A DNA stretch of 51,594 bases from Candidatus Zambryskiibacteriota bacterium. Lineage in GTDB: Bacteria; Patescibacteriota; Minisyncoccia; Phycocordibacterales; Zambryskibacteraceae. Below, one piece after another: positions 16,564-25,186 of the stretch. The notes below the pieces were generated by a model. That model was not told the origin of the DNA, made no database searches, and saw only the letters and a program-made list of their open reading frames with translations. The translations under genes were made by a program, and so were the position numbers. Numbering within the stretch: position 1 is the stretch's first letter; every line of letters starts with the position of its first letter. The stretch is taken from NCBI GenBank assembly GCA_009691335.1, contig SICR01000002.1:1-51594 (forward strand), in the 5' to 3' direction.

Positions 16564-17097
16564 TTAAACAGATTTTTTACCCTGCTTTCTCTTCACCACC
16601 TCATCTTCATAACGCATACCCTTACCTTTGTATGGCTCAGGCTTCTTCAGCGCACGAATCTTGGCGGAAAACTGACCAACTTCTTCCTTATTCGAACCAG
16701 AGACGGTTATGAAGTTTTTCTCCGCAGTCACCTTGAGAGTCTTGGGAATTTCTACTTCTACTGGGTGAGAGAAACCAAGGGCAAAAACGATTTTATTTCC
16801 TTTGACTTCTGATTTATAGCCAATGCCCTCAAGGATAAGCTTCTTTTCAAAAGGTTTGTTTACCCCAGCGACCATGTTGGTGATGTGTGATGCATAAGTA
16901 CCCCAAAGCGCTCTAGACTCGAGAGTTAGTTTCCTTGGTACAACCGTAACAATATTACCTTCTACTTTGACTTCTAGAACTGGATGAAGTTCTCGGGAAA
17001 GTTCTCCTAAAGGACCTTTTACAGAAACAGAACTATCTGAGATTGTAAGCTCAGTTTTTTCCGGAAGGGTTATTAATTTTTTGCCTATTCTTGACAT
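16564..17097 (-). CDS. rplF: 50S ribosomal protein L6
   Basis: '[15 protein letters not shown]...[10 protein letters not shown]', 'EGIGYK', '[13 protein letters not shown]'. Confidence 0.92.
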   Translation of the reverse strand: MSRIGKKLITLPEKTELTISDSSVSVKGPLGELSRELHPVLEVKVEGNIVTVVPRKLTLESRALWGTYASHITNMVAGVNKPFEKKLILEGIGYKSEVKGNKIVFALGFSHPVEVEIPKTLKVTAEKNFITVSGSNKEEVGQFSAKIRALKKPEPYKGKGMRYEDEVVKRKQGKKSV

Positions 17098-17108
17098 AAT
17101 TTTTGCTT

Positions 17109-17495
17109 CTACCAAATTGAGAACAAAGCTTCTCCACCAAGCTTGGCCCTCTTGGCGTCACGTCCGGTCATTATGCCAGCTGATGTGGAAAGTATGAGAG
17201 CGCCATAACCATTTTTTACAGAACGGAGTTCTGTCGACTTTTTATAAATCCTTTTTGAAGGCTTAGAGATTCTCTCTACTCCCTTAATTTTTGAAATACG
17301 ATTCTCGCTGAATAGAGTGAGAACCATTACCCTCTTTCCTTTCTCGCTTTTTTCTTCAACATCTTTGACAAATCCCTCTTTCTTCAGTGCGAGAGCGATA
17401 GAGAACTTCAATTTTGAAAATGGAGTGGAAACAGAAACCAACCCGGCGTTACCGGCATTCTTGAGTTTGATGATGAAATTAGAAATCTGGTCCAT
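17109..17495 (-). CDS. rpsH: 30S ribosomal protein S8
   Basis: 'ISNFIIKLKNAGNAG', 'ISKPSKRIY', 'GALILSTSAGIMT...GGEALFSIW'. Confidence 0.93.
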   Translation of the reverse strand: MDQISNFIIKLKNAGNAGLVSVSTPFSKLKFSIALALKKEGFVKDVEEKSEKGKRVMVLTLFSENRISKIKGVERISKPSKRIYKKSTELRSVKNGYGALILSTSAGIMTGRDAKRAKLGGEALFSIW

Positions 17496-17504
17496 AAATT
17501 GTTA

Positions 17505-17690
17505 TTACCAAGAAGCCTTCTTGACACCTGGAATCTTGCCCTCATTAGCTAGCTCTCTGAAGCAAATACGGCAAAGGTCAAAGTCTCTCATATATCCGCG
17601 CTTCCTACCGCAACGAAAACAGCGCGAAGTAGCCCGAGTAGAGAATTTGAGCTTCTTCTTGCTTCTTGCGATTACTGATGTCTTGGCCAT
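17505..17690 (-). CDS. rpsN: 30S ribosomal protein S14, zinc-binding type Z
   Basis: 61 aa with '[23 protein letters not shown]'. Confidence 0.9.
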   Translation of the reverse strand: MAKTSVIARSKKKLKFSTRATSRCFRCGRKRGYMRDFDLCRICFRELANEGKIPGVKKASW

Positions 17691-17711
17691 GAGAAAAGCG
17701 ATTTTAACACA

Positions 17712-18224
17712 TTATTTGCTAAACGGGAAGCCAAGATGGGTCAGGAATTTGATCACCTCTTCTTTGGATTTGGCTGTAGTAACGATAGTAACGGCAAAGC
17801 CGAAGACGTCCTTGAGCTCCTCGTCGGTAGTTTCTGGGAAAATGGTGTTCTCTTTGATACCTAAGGTGTAATTGCCCATTTCATCCGCCGCAGTCGCCGA
17901 GATGCCGCGGAAGTCTTTGGTACGAGGAAGAGCAATATGAATAAGCTTCTCTAAGAAATCATGCATCCTCTGACCTCGCAGAGTTACTTGATAACCGACA
18001 ATATCACCTTCTCTAGACTTGAAGGTAGCAATAGAGACTTTGGCACCACGAGGAGAGGCTTTCTGTCCAGTGATGCGGGCCAAACGGTCCAGAACTATTT
18101 TGAATTTGTTCTTGTCTTTAAATGAGCCGACTCCAGCAGAAACCACCGCCTTCAAAATCCTCGGTACCTGCATAGGATTCTTGTACCCGGGGAGAGTTTT
18201 TGATTTTACTTTAAGCGTTTCCAT
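17712..18224 (-). CDS. rplE: 50S ribosomal protein L5
   Basis: 'NPMQVPRILKAVVSAGVG', 'GQKASPRGAKVSIATFKSREG', 'NYTLGIKENTIFPE'. Confidence 0.93.
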   Translation of the reverse strand: METLKVKSKTLPGYKNPMQVPRILKAVVSAGVGSFKDKNKFKIVLDRLARITGQKASPRGAKVSIATFKSREGDIVGYQVTLRGQRMHDFLEKLIHIALPRTKDFRGISATAADEMGNYTLGIKENTIFPETTDEELKDVFGFAVTIVTTAKSKEEVIKFLTHLGFPFSK

Positions 18225-18432
18225 GAAGTTTTACATTAGAAGCGTGTATAGGAAAATTCTTTTCTGTCATCTGACCCTTGCCTTTGGCCTTGCCACGCTC
18301 ATGAACCTTCTTCAGATTTACCCCCTCAACCAAGACGCGATTCTCGCGCGGAAAAGCGCGTAATATCTTGCCGACCTTGCCCTTGTCTTTGCCCGCAAGC
18401 ACTATTATGTTGTCATTTTTCTTAACGTGCAT
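18211..18432 (-). CDS. rplX: 50S ribosomal protein L24, short form (73 aa)
   Basis: KOW motif 'VKKNDNIIVLAGKDKGKVGKI' and 'VEGVNLKKVH'. 14-nt overlap with rplE. Confidence 0.85.
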   Translation of the reverse strand: MHVKKNDNIIVLAGKDKGKVGKILRAFPRENRVLVEGVNLKKVHERGKAKGKGQMTEKNFPIHASNVKLHGNA

Positions 18433-18461
18433 AATGATTATTTATAGTGAGCGTAGTCAAA

Positions 18462-18833
18462 CTAGACTACTTCTGGTGCCTTAGAAATAATAGTCTGGAA
18501 ACCCCTTTCCCCAATCTCACGCGGAATAGGTCCGAAGACACGACCAGCCAAGGGTTCCTTCTTGGCGTTGTCTAAGATTACAACAGCATTCTCATCAAAG
18601 CGCATATAAGTGCCATCCTTTCTCCTAAAGGAGGCCTTCTGTCTGACCACAATGCCGAAGAGCACATCCTTTTTCTTAACCTGCTTTCTTGGTTCTGCCT
18701 TTTGTACCGACAGAACTACCAGCTCTCCGATGGAAGCTGTGCGCTTCTTCGAACTTCCAAGTACCTTGAAAATTCTGCCGAGCTTGGCGCCGGAGTTGTC
18801 TGCAATTTGTACGATGGATCGTGGCTGAATCAT
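18462..18833 (-). CDS. rplN: 50S ribosomal protein L14
   Basis: 'MIQPRSIVQIADNSGAK', 'DGTYMRFDENAVVIL', 'GRVFGPIPRE'. Confidence 0.95.
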   Translation of the reverse strand: MIQPRSIVQIADNSGAKLGRIFKVLGSSKKRTASIGELVVLSVQKAEPRKQVKKKDVLFGIVVRQKASFRRKDGTYMRFDENAVVILDNAKKEPLAGRVFGPIPREIGERGFQTIISKAPEVV

Positions 18834-18849
18834 GTGATTGGATTAGGTA

Positions 18850-19101
18850 CTATGTTCTAGGGACTAGCTTAAAATGCTTGTCTTTCGAGATTGGCTTCGT
18901 CTCGACAATCTGTACTTTATCACCAACATTGGCAGTATTACCAGCATCATGTGCTTTGAATTTCTTTGAACGCTTGATGAACTTCTGATACTTCGGGTGT
19001 TTCTGATAGCGTTCAACAAGTACGACCACAGTATCTTTCATCTTGTTGGAGATGACAGTGCCGGATATTACTTTTCCTTTTGTTAATTGTTTATTGTTCA
19101 T
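18850..19101 (-). CDS. rpsQ: 30S ribosomal protein S17
   Basis: 'GTVISNKMKDTVVVLVERYQKHPKYQKFIKRSKKFKAHD'. Confidence 0.9.
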   Translation of the reverse strand: MNNKQLTKGKVISGTVISNKMKDTVVVLVERYQKHPKYQKFIKRSKKFKAHDAGNTANVGDKVQIVETKPISKDKHFKLVPRT

Positions 19102-19280
19102 TGTCTATTTAATTCTGTGAGAATTCTGGCAATTTCTTTTCGCGTAGCGTTGCCGGCCTTCACATTCCTAGTTTTGGAACCAGCTTCACCGAATCTAAAG
19201 GCGGAAAGAGATTGCCTCTTTTCGTAGAGAGCTTTTACTAAATCATTCTTTGCCTTACCTGTATAAATTGTTTTCTTCAT
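19098..19280 (-). CDS. rpmC: 50S ribosomal protein L29
   Basis: 60 aa helical protein at the conserved position between L16 and S17. ATGA overlap with rpsQ. Confidence 0.8.
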   Translation of the reverse strand: MKKTIYTGKAKNDLVKALYEKRQSLSAFRFGEAGSKTRNVKAGNATRKEIARILTELNRQ

Positions 19281-19286
19281 ATCTGT

Positions 19287-19706
19287 TTACTGTCTACTGA
19301 CTACTTTTGTTTTAATAGGCAACTTGGTACCAGCCTTACGCAAGGCCTCCCGAGCGATTGGCTCAGTAGTACCATCGACTTCAAAGAGTACCCTGCCCGC
19401 CAAAACCGGAGCGACATAGCCCTCCAAGTCCCCTTTGCCTTTACCAAGCTTAACTTCGGCAGGCTTCTTGGTATAAGGCATATCTGGGAAAATACGTATC
19501 CAGAGACGGCCAGTCTTGCCTATTGAGCGTGAGAGAACCTTTCTAGCTGCCTCTATCTGATTGCTCCTTACACGTGCAGGAGCAAGGGCCTTAAGACCGA
19601 AGGAGCCAAAAGCGACGGTAGTACCACGAGTCGCGACTCCAACCCTGTTCGGATTTCTCCTCATGGTCTGCCACTTACGATATTTAACTTTCTTTGGGAA
19701 TAACAT
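19287..19706 (-). CDS. rplP: 50S ribosomal protein L16
   Basis: 'MLFPKKVKYRKWQ', 'IEAARKVLSR', 'RIFPDMPYTKKPAEVKLGKGKG'. Confidence 0.95.
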   Translation of the reverse strand: MLFPKKVKYRKWQTMRRNPNRVGVATRGTTVAFGSFGLKALAPARVRSNQIEAARKVLSRSIGKTGRLWIRIFPDMPYTKKPAEVKLGKGKGDLEGYVAPVLAGRVLFEVDGTTEPIAREALRKAGTKLPIKTKVVSRQ

Positions 19707-19717
19707 GGTATTAAAAA

Positions 19718-20386
19718 TTATTTAGAATCTTTTTCGAAAATATCTCCGCGGTATATCCAGACCTTTACCCCAATGGTGCCGTAAGGCATGAGTGCCTTAG
19801 TGCAAGAATAATCCACATCAGCGCGTAGAGTCTGAAGCGGAATACGACCAAGCTTTCTGTCCTCTGTACGACTCATAGTCGCTCCTCCGAGGCGACCAGC
19901 AAGAAACACTCTTACCCCCTTAACATCGCGATTTGCCATCACTTTCTCCAAGGTAGACTTCATCACGCGGCGGAATGGCAAACGCTTCTCCAAACCTTCC
20001 ACTACCATCTGAGCCACAATGGCAGCATTAGCTTCGGCATTCTTGACCTCTTTGATATCAAGCTTCAAATCAACCTTAGCATCCAGAAGATTATGCTTGG
20101 CCAGAAGCTTCTTGAGTTCGGAGCGAAGCTTCTCTGCCCCATCTCCTTGTCGACCGATTATCATACCCGGACGCGAAGTGGAGAGGATGACACGAAGAGT
20201 CTTAGCACTCCTCTCTATTTCTATATCGGCGACATAAAATCCCTTAAGCTTTTTCTCGAGGAACTCTCTCAGCAAAACATCTCCACGAAGATACGTCTTG
20301 TATTGGCCTTTAGGCGAGAACCAGCGACTCTTCCAGTCGCGAAGTCCTCCCAAACGATGTGAATATGGATGTACTGTATGTGTCAT
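19718..20386 (-). CDS. rpsC: 30S ribosomal protein S3
   Basis: 'VHPYSHRLGGLRDWKSRWF', KH domain 'PGMIIGRQGDGAEKL', 'GRLGGATMSRTE'. The start is taken at MTHTVHP. Confidence 0.93.
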   Translation of the reverse strand: MTHTVHPYSHRLGGLRDWKSRWFSPKGQYKTYLRGDVLLREFLEKKLKGFYVADIEIERSAKTLRVILSTSRPGMIIGRQGDGAEKLRSELKKLLAKHNLLDAKVDLKLDIKEVKNAEANAAIVAQMVVEGLEKRLPFRRVMKSTLEKVMANRDVKGVRVFLAGRLGGATMSRTEDRKLGRIPLQTLRADVDYSCTKALMPYGTIGVKVWIYRGDIFEKDSK

Positions 20387-20387
20387 A

Positions 20388-20744
20388 TTACTTGTGGTGA
20401 GCTTGTCGAACCATCTTCTCGGCAAGAACTACGCTAACGCGACTTGTTCTCTTCCTTATTGGGTTAGCCATACCCTTAGAGCGTGGCCGACGGCGATAAA
20501 GCGTGGCTCCGGCGTTTACGCTGATTGATTTTACGACTAGATTCTCAGTCGGTATTGAAAGGTTCTTGGCGTTCGCTACGGCTGAAGCCACAAGCTTTTG
20601 CAAAGGAAGCCCTGCTCGCTTTGGCACAAAGGAAAGAATGGTAATAGCCTCTTCAACTCTCTTACCACGTACCGTATCAGCGACTATACGCACCTTACGA
20701 GGAGATTGTCGATAATTTTTCAATTCTGCTTTAACTTCTTGCAT
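20388..20744 (-). CDS. rplV: 50S ribosomal protein L22
   Basis: 'RQSPRKVRIVADTVRGKRVEEAITILSF', 'VNAGATLYRRRPRSKGMANPIRKRTS'. Confidence 0.9.
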   Translation of the reverse strand: MQEVKAELKNYRQSPRKVRIVADTVRGKRVEEAITILSFVPKRAGLPLQKLVASAVANAKNLSIPTENLVVKSISVNAGATLYRRRPRSKGMANPIRKRTSRVSVVLAEKMVRQAHHK

Positions 20745-20755
20745 GTTCTTACTTC

Positions 20756-21097
20756 TTACTTCTTTGATTCCGTCGCACCCTTCGCCGCCTTGGCCGCAGA
20801 GACTTCAGCCTCCTTTTGCTTGGTCTCCATTTCCTTCTGCATCTTACCGCCATGACGCACGAACTTGCGAGTTAAAGAAAATTCACCGAGACGGTGTCCA
20901 ACCATGTCCTCGGTGATGAATACTTCTATGTGGTCTCGGCCATTATGCACCCCGAAGGTAAATCCGACCATCTCTGGGGCTATCTGGCAGGCTCTCGACC
21001 ATGTCTTAATGACGCCGGTTTGAATCGGCTTCTTGCCCTCTATCTTTTTAAGAACGCGAGGGTCAACATATGGGCCTTTAATGGATGAGCGGGTCAT
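20756..21097 (-). CDS. rpsS: 30S ribosomal protein S19 with C-terminal extension
   Basis: '[15 protein letters not shown]', '[50 protein letters not shown]'. Confidence 0.93.
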   Translation of the reverse strand: MTRSSIKGPYVDPRVLKKIEGKKPIQTGVIKTWSRACQIAPEMVGFTFGVHNGRDHIEVFITEDMVGHRLGEFSLTRKFVRHGGKMQKEMETKQKEAEVSAAKAAKGATESKK

Positions 21098-21144
21098 TTT
21101 TAGACGTTATCAAAACAAAAAGCGACAAAGCGCTTGTGGCAAAT

Positions 21145-21173
21145 ATAGTATATAAATCAAGAAGAATTGTCAA
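21145..21173 (-). promoter_or_regulatory. Sigma70-like promoter upstream of rpsS (TTGACA-17-TACTAT)
   Basis: Minus sense: ttgaca attcttcttgatttata tactat. It lies just downstream of the 21184..21213 terminator. Confidence 0.45.
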
Positions 21174-21183
21174 TTTCACCAAA

Positions 21184-21213
21184 GCAAAACCCCCTCGTTA
21201 GAGGGGGTTTTGC
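21184..21213 (-). terminator. Rho-independent terminator after the membrane-protein gene
   Basis: gcaaaaccccctc-gtta-gagggggttttgc. Confidence 0.75.
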
Positions 21214-21248
21214 TAACTTAAAGTATTATCTAGCTAATACTTCTTGTT

Positions 21249-21941
21249 TTATTGGTTACTACCACTCATTTCACTGCGAAGTTTCTCTATAAATCGAGAT
21301 GCCGCTTCCTGACCACCAAGGCCGAATGAAAGGCCAAGAGCCAGAGAAATAGCGATAACAACGCCAGTAAAGAGGGTCTGACTGAACGCAGCGGCAATGC
21401 CAAGATGCGAGAGAGCTACAAGGATAGCGAATACCAACACAGCTCGCTTGGCGATAGCGCCAGCAAAGTGCGCTGATGCAATGCCAGCAGTCCTTGCTCC
21501 CGTAACGACGACACGACCAACCACATCACCGATAACACCTCCAACTAGAAGTACCAAGGCCGCAGCCAGTACTCTAGGAAGATAGGCCAAAACCACTTCC
21601 TTGATAAAGAGATTGACTTGGACAAGACCCAAGATCTCAAGTGCTGTCATCAAGAAGACTACAACTACAAACCACTTTACCAGGGACCCTAAGAAGGCTC
21701 CAGCATCAAGACGAACACCTCCTCTCTGGAGGAACGACTCGAAGCCAGCGCGACGCAAAGCGTCATCAATCTTAAGAGATCTGAATACTTGCGAGATTGC
21801 GCGGCCCAAAAGAGCTCCGATTAGCCATCCGAGTATCAGGATGACCACTGCAATTACAAGGTTCGGGACGAAATTGACTACTCCGATCCAAAGATTCTGA
21901 AAAGAGAGCTGCAATACCTGTCCCCATGTGTTCAATAACAT
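21249..21941 (-). CDS. Conserved-TM-helix repeat membrane protein (CmpX / MscS-N-terminal-like)
   Basis: 230 aa. Repeated 'LP..L.A..VL..G...G..' TM units, Ala/Gly/Val rich. Visibly more G+C rich than the flanking ribosomal genes. Confidence 0.55.
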   Translation of the reverse strand: MLLNTWGQVLQLSFQNLWIGVVNFVPNLVIAVVILILGWLIGALLGRAISQVFRSLKIDDALRRAGFESFLQRGGVRLDAGAFLGSLVKWFVVVVFLMTALEILGLVQVNLFIKEVVLAYLPRVLAAALVLLVGGVIGDVVGRVVVTGARTAGIASAHFAGAIAKRAVLVFAILVALSHLGIAAAFSQTLFTGVVIAISLALGLSFGLGGQEAASRFIEKLRSEMSGSNQ

Positions 21942-21958
21942 ATGTTAACTGAATGTTG

Positions 21959-22020
21959 GTTTTCAGGTTCACTCGGGCTCTGTGTAAGCGAGCTTTCACA
22001 TTCCCTCACTACCTGAAAAC
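21959..22020 (-). repeat. Copy 2 of the ~60-nt structured module (10-bp outer stem gttttcaggt/acctgaaaac)
   Basis: See copy 1. It lies 17 nt upstream of the ATG at 21941, in the same orientation as that gene. Confidence 0.8.
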
Positions 22021-22089
22021 GCTTTAAGCTGTTAATTTACCACTTTTCGAGGGGTATGGCGTAATTATACACCTACAAATAAAGACAAA

Positions 22090-22686
22090 TCATGCCCTGT
22101 GGATAGCGTTGCTTGGTTGTGGAATAGACTGAAGGCCTAATTTATTGAGAATTTTCTCATGTCTAGAATCGAGAATGTCGCGAATAAGTTTGTCATAGAT
22201 GCCCAGACGGTACTGGAAATCAGAGGTTTCAAAGACAGCATAGCGAAGCTCAGAGCCAAGTTCGGCCTCAATGGAAGACATAGTGGAGAGAAGCTTAGAT
22301 TGCTTAATATTATCCCCCACAACAAGGATATCTACCCGAGAATCAGGATTGTGCAGGAAGACCCCAGAAATCAAAATTAGTTTCATATTACCGGTACTAG
22401 AAATTTTTTTAACTATTTCCTTTTCGGAGAACGGCGTTGCATCTATAAGAAAGTTACCAATGGCTGTAAGATAACGATAAGAGCGATTAAGTATGTATCC
22501 CTTGGCACCCTTTTTAACCAACCCGGCTTTGATGAGAGCCCCAAGCTCGCGACGAGCGGTGGTTAAGCTTGTTTTAGCCCTATGGACTACTTCCGAAGTG
22601 CTAAATACCAACCCGGGGTTAAAGACAAAGAGGCGCATTATCTTGACCTTAGCTTCTCCGCCGAAAATGTAGGACACGGACTTCAT
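22090..22686 (-). CDS. Winged-helix DNA-binding protein with a C-terminal nucleotidyltransferase-like domain, hypothetical regulator
   Basis: 'FSTSEVVHRAKTSLTTARRELGALIKAGLVKK' is wHTH-like. The C-terminal 'ILISGVFLHNPDSRVDILVVGD' is NTase-like. The start is taken at MKSVSY, because the TTG at 22710 lies inside the rplL terminator. Confidence 0.5.
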   Translation of the reverse strand: MKSVSYIFGGEAKVKIMRLFVFNPGLVFSTSEVVHRAKTSLTTARRELGALIKAGLVKKGAKGYILNRSYRYLTAIGNFLIDATPFSEKEIVKKISSTGNMKLILISGVFLHNPDSRVDILVVGDNIKQSKLLSTMSSIEAELGSELRYAVFETSDFQYRLGIYDKLIRDILDSRHEKILNKLGLQSIPQPSNAIHRA

Positions 22687-22703
22687 GCACAGCATTTTAC
22701 ACT

Positions 22704-22739
22704 CAATCAAAAACAGCGCAATTGCGCTGTTTTTGATTG
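22704..22739 (-). terminator. Terminator hairpin after rplL (perfect 36-nt palindrome)
   Basis: caatcaaaaacagcgc-aatt-gcgctgtttttgattg. Confidence 0.65.
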
Positions 22740-22757
22740 AGTAGATTTTGGTAGTGG

Positions 22758-23123
22758 TTATTTGAACGAGACTTTTCCTCCTGCCACCTCAATAGATTTC
22801 TTGAGAGCTTCTGCCTCTTCCTTCTTCATATCTGCCTTGAGCATCGAAGGAGCTGCGTCTACGAGGTCCTTAGCCTCCTTAAGACCGAGTGCGAGAACTT
22901 CCTTAACGACCTTGATGACGGCAATCTTGTTGTCGCCTGATGCGGAGAGTTCAACATTTACAGTTGATTTCTCTTCCTCTGCTGGACCAGCAGCAACAGC
23001 TGGGCCTGCTACGGCAGTAGCCGAGACGCCAAACTTCTCTTCGAATGCCTTGACCAAGTCATTCAACTCAAGGACGGACATCTCCTCCACTTCCTTGATT
23101 ATTTTTTCTAATTTTTCACTCAT
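22758..23123 (-). CDS. rplL: 50S ribosomal protein L7/L12
   Basis: '[18 protein letters not shown]', an Ala/Pro hinge, '[23 protein letters not shown]'. Confidence 0.94.
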   Translation of the reverse strand: MSEKLEKIIKEVEEMSVLELNDLVKAFEEKFGVSATAVAGPAVAAGPAEEEKSTVNVELSASGDNKIAVIKVVKEVLALGLKEAKDLVDAAPSMLKADMKKEEAEALKKSIEVAGGKVSFK

Positions 23124-23210
23124 TGGGATTAATTAATTTTCAATTTTTAATTTAGAATTTTCAATCAATTTTCAAGACCCAATTTAAAATTGAGAATTGT
23201 AAATTGATAA

Positions 23211-23699
23211 TTATAGGCGCGATTTGGCGATTTCGTTGAGAGCAATCACGAATCGCTGAATCGGCGAGTTCACAATGTTAACAAACTTGCCACGCAAGAC
23301 ATCCATTGACGGAATCTGCGCAATACCAAGCATCTCCGCACTCGTCATGTAACGACCTTCAAATACTCCACCGAGAATTTTCAAATTCTCGGGGAATTTC
23401 TTCACGAAGCCGTATACACCGCGAGCCGGAGCGACCAAGTCCTCACCCCACGCGAGAGCAAGTTCACCAGGAAATTCAGGCTTCTCACCTTCAAACTTTT
23501 GCTCATCTAGAGCGCGTGCCGTCAAAGTCTTTTTGGCAACAGAGTAAGAGATACCCTCTTTCTTGAGAGCGCTTCTCATAGCTGTAGTATTACCTACGGT
23601 CAGACCTTTGAAGTTTACGAAAACTACTGAAGCAGCGCCCTTGAAGGCGTTTATGAGCTTTAGAACCACTTCTCCCTTTTTGGCTTTAGTAATGGCCAT
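23211..23699 (-). CDS. rplJ: 50S ribosomal protein L10
   Basis: 'MAITKAKKGEVV...ASVVFVNFKGLTVGNTTAMRSALKKEG'. The start is taken at MAITK; the upstream ORF extension is AGTAG-type spacer. Confidence 0.9.
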   Translation of the reverse strand: MAITKAKKGEVVLKLINAFKGAASVVFVNFKGLTVGNTTAMRSALKKEGISYSVAKKTLTARALDEQKFEGEKPEFPGELALAWGEDLVAPARGVYGFVKKFPENLKILGGVFEGRYMTSAEMLGIAQIPSMDVLRGKFVNIVNSPIQRFVIALNEIAKSRL

Positions 23700-23993
23700 T
23701 GGTTGGATTGGGAGTAGGTAGTAGGAAGTAAGAAGTAGGTTTGACCTACTCATACTCCATACTCCTTACTCCATACTTCTACTTATAATTTCGACCTAAT
23801 AAGGTCTCAGTTTATGAGAATAGATCTCGGCAGGTGTTATGCAATAGATAGTAGTCAATAATTAGTAGTTAGAGGATTCACACCCACAAATCTACTATGT
23901 ACTGTCTACTAACGACTAGCCCCTGCTGTCTTAGACCTTATTAAGCACTACCTTACACTATTTCCTATTTTTTGCCAACCTTTCTCACTCATC
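23700..23993 (-). promoter_or_regulatory. Long structured leader upstream of rplJ (possible L10-leader-type autoregulatory region; possible promoter TTGGCA-17-TAAGGT at 23950..23978)
   Basis: ~290 nt non-coding, with imperfect hairpins: tagtc..ttagtag / ctactaa..gacta around 23858..23928, and aggaagtaagaagtagg-tttga-cctact.. at 23716..23790. The class was not verified. Confidence 0.3.
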
Positions 23994-24030
23994 ACACAAT
24001 TCCCCTAGGAAGGACCTAGGGGAATTGTGT
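23994..24030 (-). terminator. Strong 16-bp hairpin 1 nt after the rplB stop (no U-tract in the transcribed sense)
   Basis: acacaattcccctagg-aagga-cctaggggaattgtgt. It could be a terminator, or a processing/stability element. Confidence 0.4.
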
Positions 24031-24031
24031 T

Positions 24032-24871
24032 TTACTTCTTGCCGACCTTTCGGCGTCGTACAATAAACTTATTTGAATATTTCTTGGCTCGGCGGGATTT
24101 CTGACCCTTGCCTGTTGGCTTGCCGTACACCGAGATAGCACGGCGACGACCTCTACCTTGTCGGCCTTCACCTCCTCCATGTGGGTGGTCTACCGGGTTC
24201 TGAGCGGTGCCACGAACAGTCGGGCGGACACCAAGCCAGCGAGAGCGTCCAGCTTTACCGAGATTTACCAAACGATTTTCATTATTTGAAACTTCTCCAA
24301 TAGTTGCCCAAGCATTTGCAGGAATTTTGCGAACCTCGCTTGAAGGCATCTTGAGGTCAACATACCCGCCATCTTTGGCGAGAAGCTCAGCATAGTCTCC
24401 ACCAGAGCGAGCGCCTTTTGCCCCACCCTTATGTTTAAACTCAACATTGTAGACGAAAGTGCCGACTACCATGTTGCCCAATGGCATTCTGTTACCCACA
24501 GTTTGAGGAGCCTTTTCAGAGGTGATGAATGTATCCCCTACCTTGGCAGTGTTGTGGAGAAGAACGTAGCGCTTCTCACCGTCTTTGTATTGAGCGAGGC
24601 CGATAAATCCTGAACGGTTCGGGTCGTATTCAACAGATTTGATAGTGAAAGGTACATCATATTTATCAAGAGTGAAATCCACATCGCGGTAAAGCCTCTT
24701 GTGTCCGCCCCCCTTATGGCGAGTGGTAATCTTGCCACTTTTATTCCTTCCAACTCCGCGCTTGAAACCACTAACCAAAGATTTCTCCGGGTCGTTAGTT
24801 GTGATGAACTGGCGGTAATTGATACCACTCATCATTCTCCTTGATTTAGTTGTTGGTTTGTATTTCTTCAT
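24032..24871 (-). CDS. rplB: 50S ribosomal protein L2
   Basis: 'GRNKSGKITTRHKGGGHKR', 'VKSVEYDPNRSGFIGL', 'HPHGGGEGR'. Confidence 0.96.
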   Translation of the reverse strand: MKKYKPTTKSRRMMSGINYRQFITTNDPEKSLVSGFKRGVGRNKSGKITTRHKGGGHKRLYRDVDFTLDKYDVPFTIKSVEYDPNRSGFIGLAQYKDGEKRYVLLHNTAKVGDTFITSEKAPQTVGNRMPLGNMVVGTFVYNVEFKHKGGAKGARSGGDYAELLAKDGGYVDLKMPSSEVRKIPANAWATIGEVSNNENRLVNLGKAGRSRWLGVRPTVRGTAQNPVDHPHGGGEGRQGRGRRRAISVYGKPTGKGQKSRRAKKYSNKFIVRRRKVGKK

Positions 24872-24892
24872 AGTATTTCTGTTTACTGTTTA

Positions 24893-25186
24893 CTACAAGA
24901 GTTCTATCTTGTCTCCCTTCTTGAGATAGACATAGGCTTTCTTACCACCCCTTTTTACCCCGCGCTTACCGCGAACAAAGACCGCCTTGTCTGGTATGGT
25001 GGCTACGCGAACCTTTATAGGAGTGACTTTGTAAGAGGCCTTCACAGAGGCAGTAATGGAAGGCTTGGTGGCATTCATCGCGACTTCAAAGACATAGACA
25101 TTAGACTTATCCGCACCAATAGCCGCCTTCTCGGTGATACGAGGGCGGATAAGTACGCTCTGATTCTTTAAATTAAAATTAGGCAT
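24893..25186 (-). CDS. rplW: 50S ribosomal protein L23
   Basis: 'LIRPRITEKA', 'YVFEVAMNATKPSI', and its position between L4 and L2. Confidence 0.88.
   Translation of the reverse strand: MPNFNLKNQSVLIRPRITEKAAIGADKSNVYVFEVAMNATKPSITASVKASYKVTPIKVRVATIPDKAVFVRGKRGVKRGGKKAYVYLKKGDKIELL

Noticed and set aside
21772-21999. 75-aa ORF starting in repeat copy 2 as a real protein
   Set aside because: Beyond the first ~13 codons it overlaps the well-supported membrane gene out of frame and has shadow-frame composition. Only the module-internal part is conserved with copy 1.
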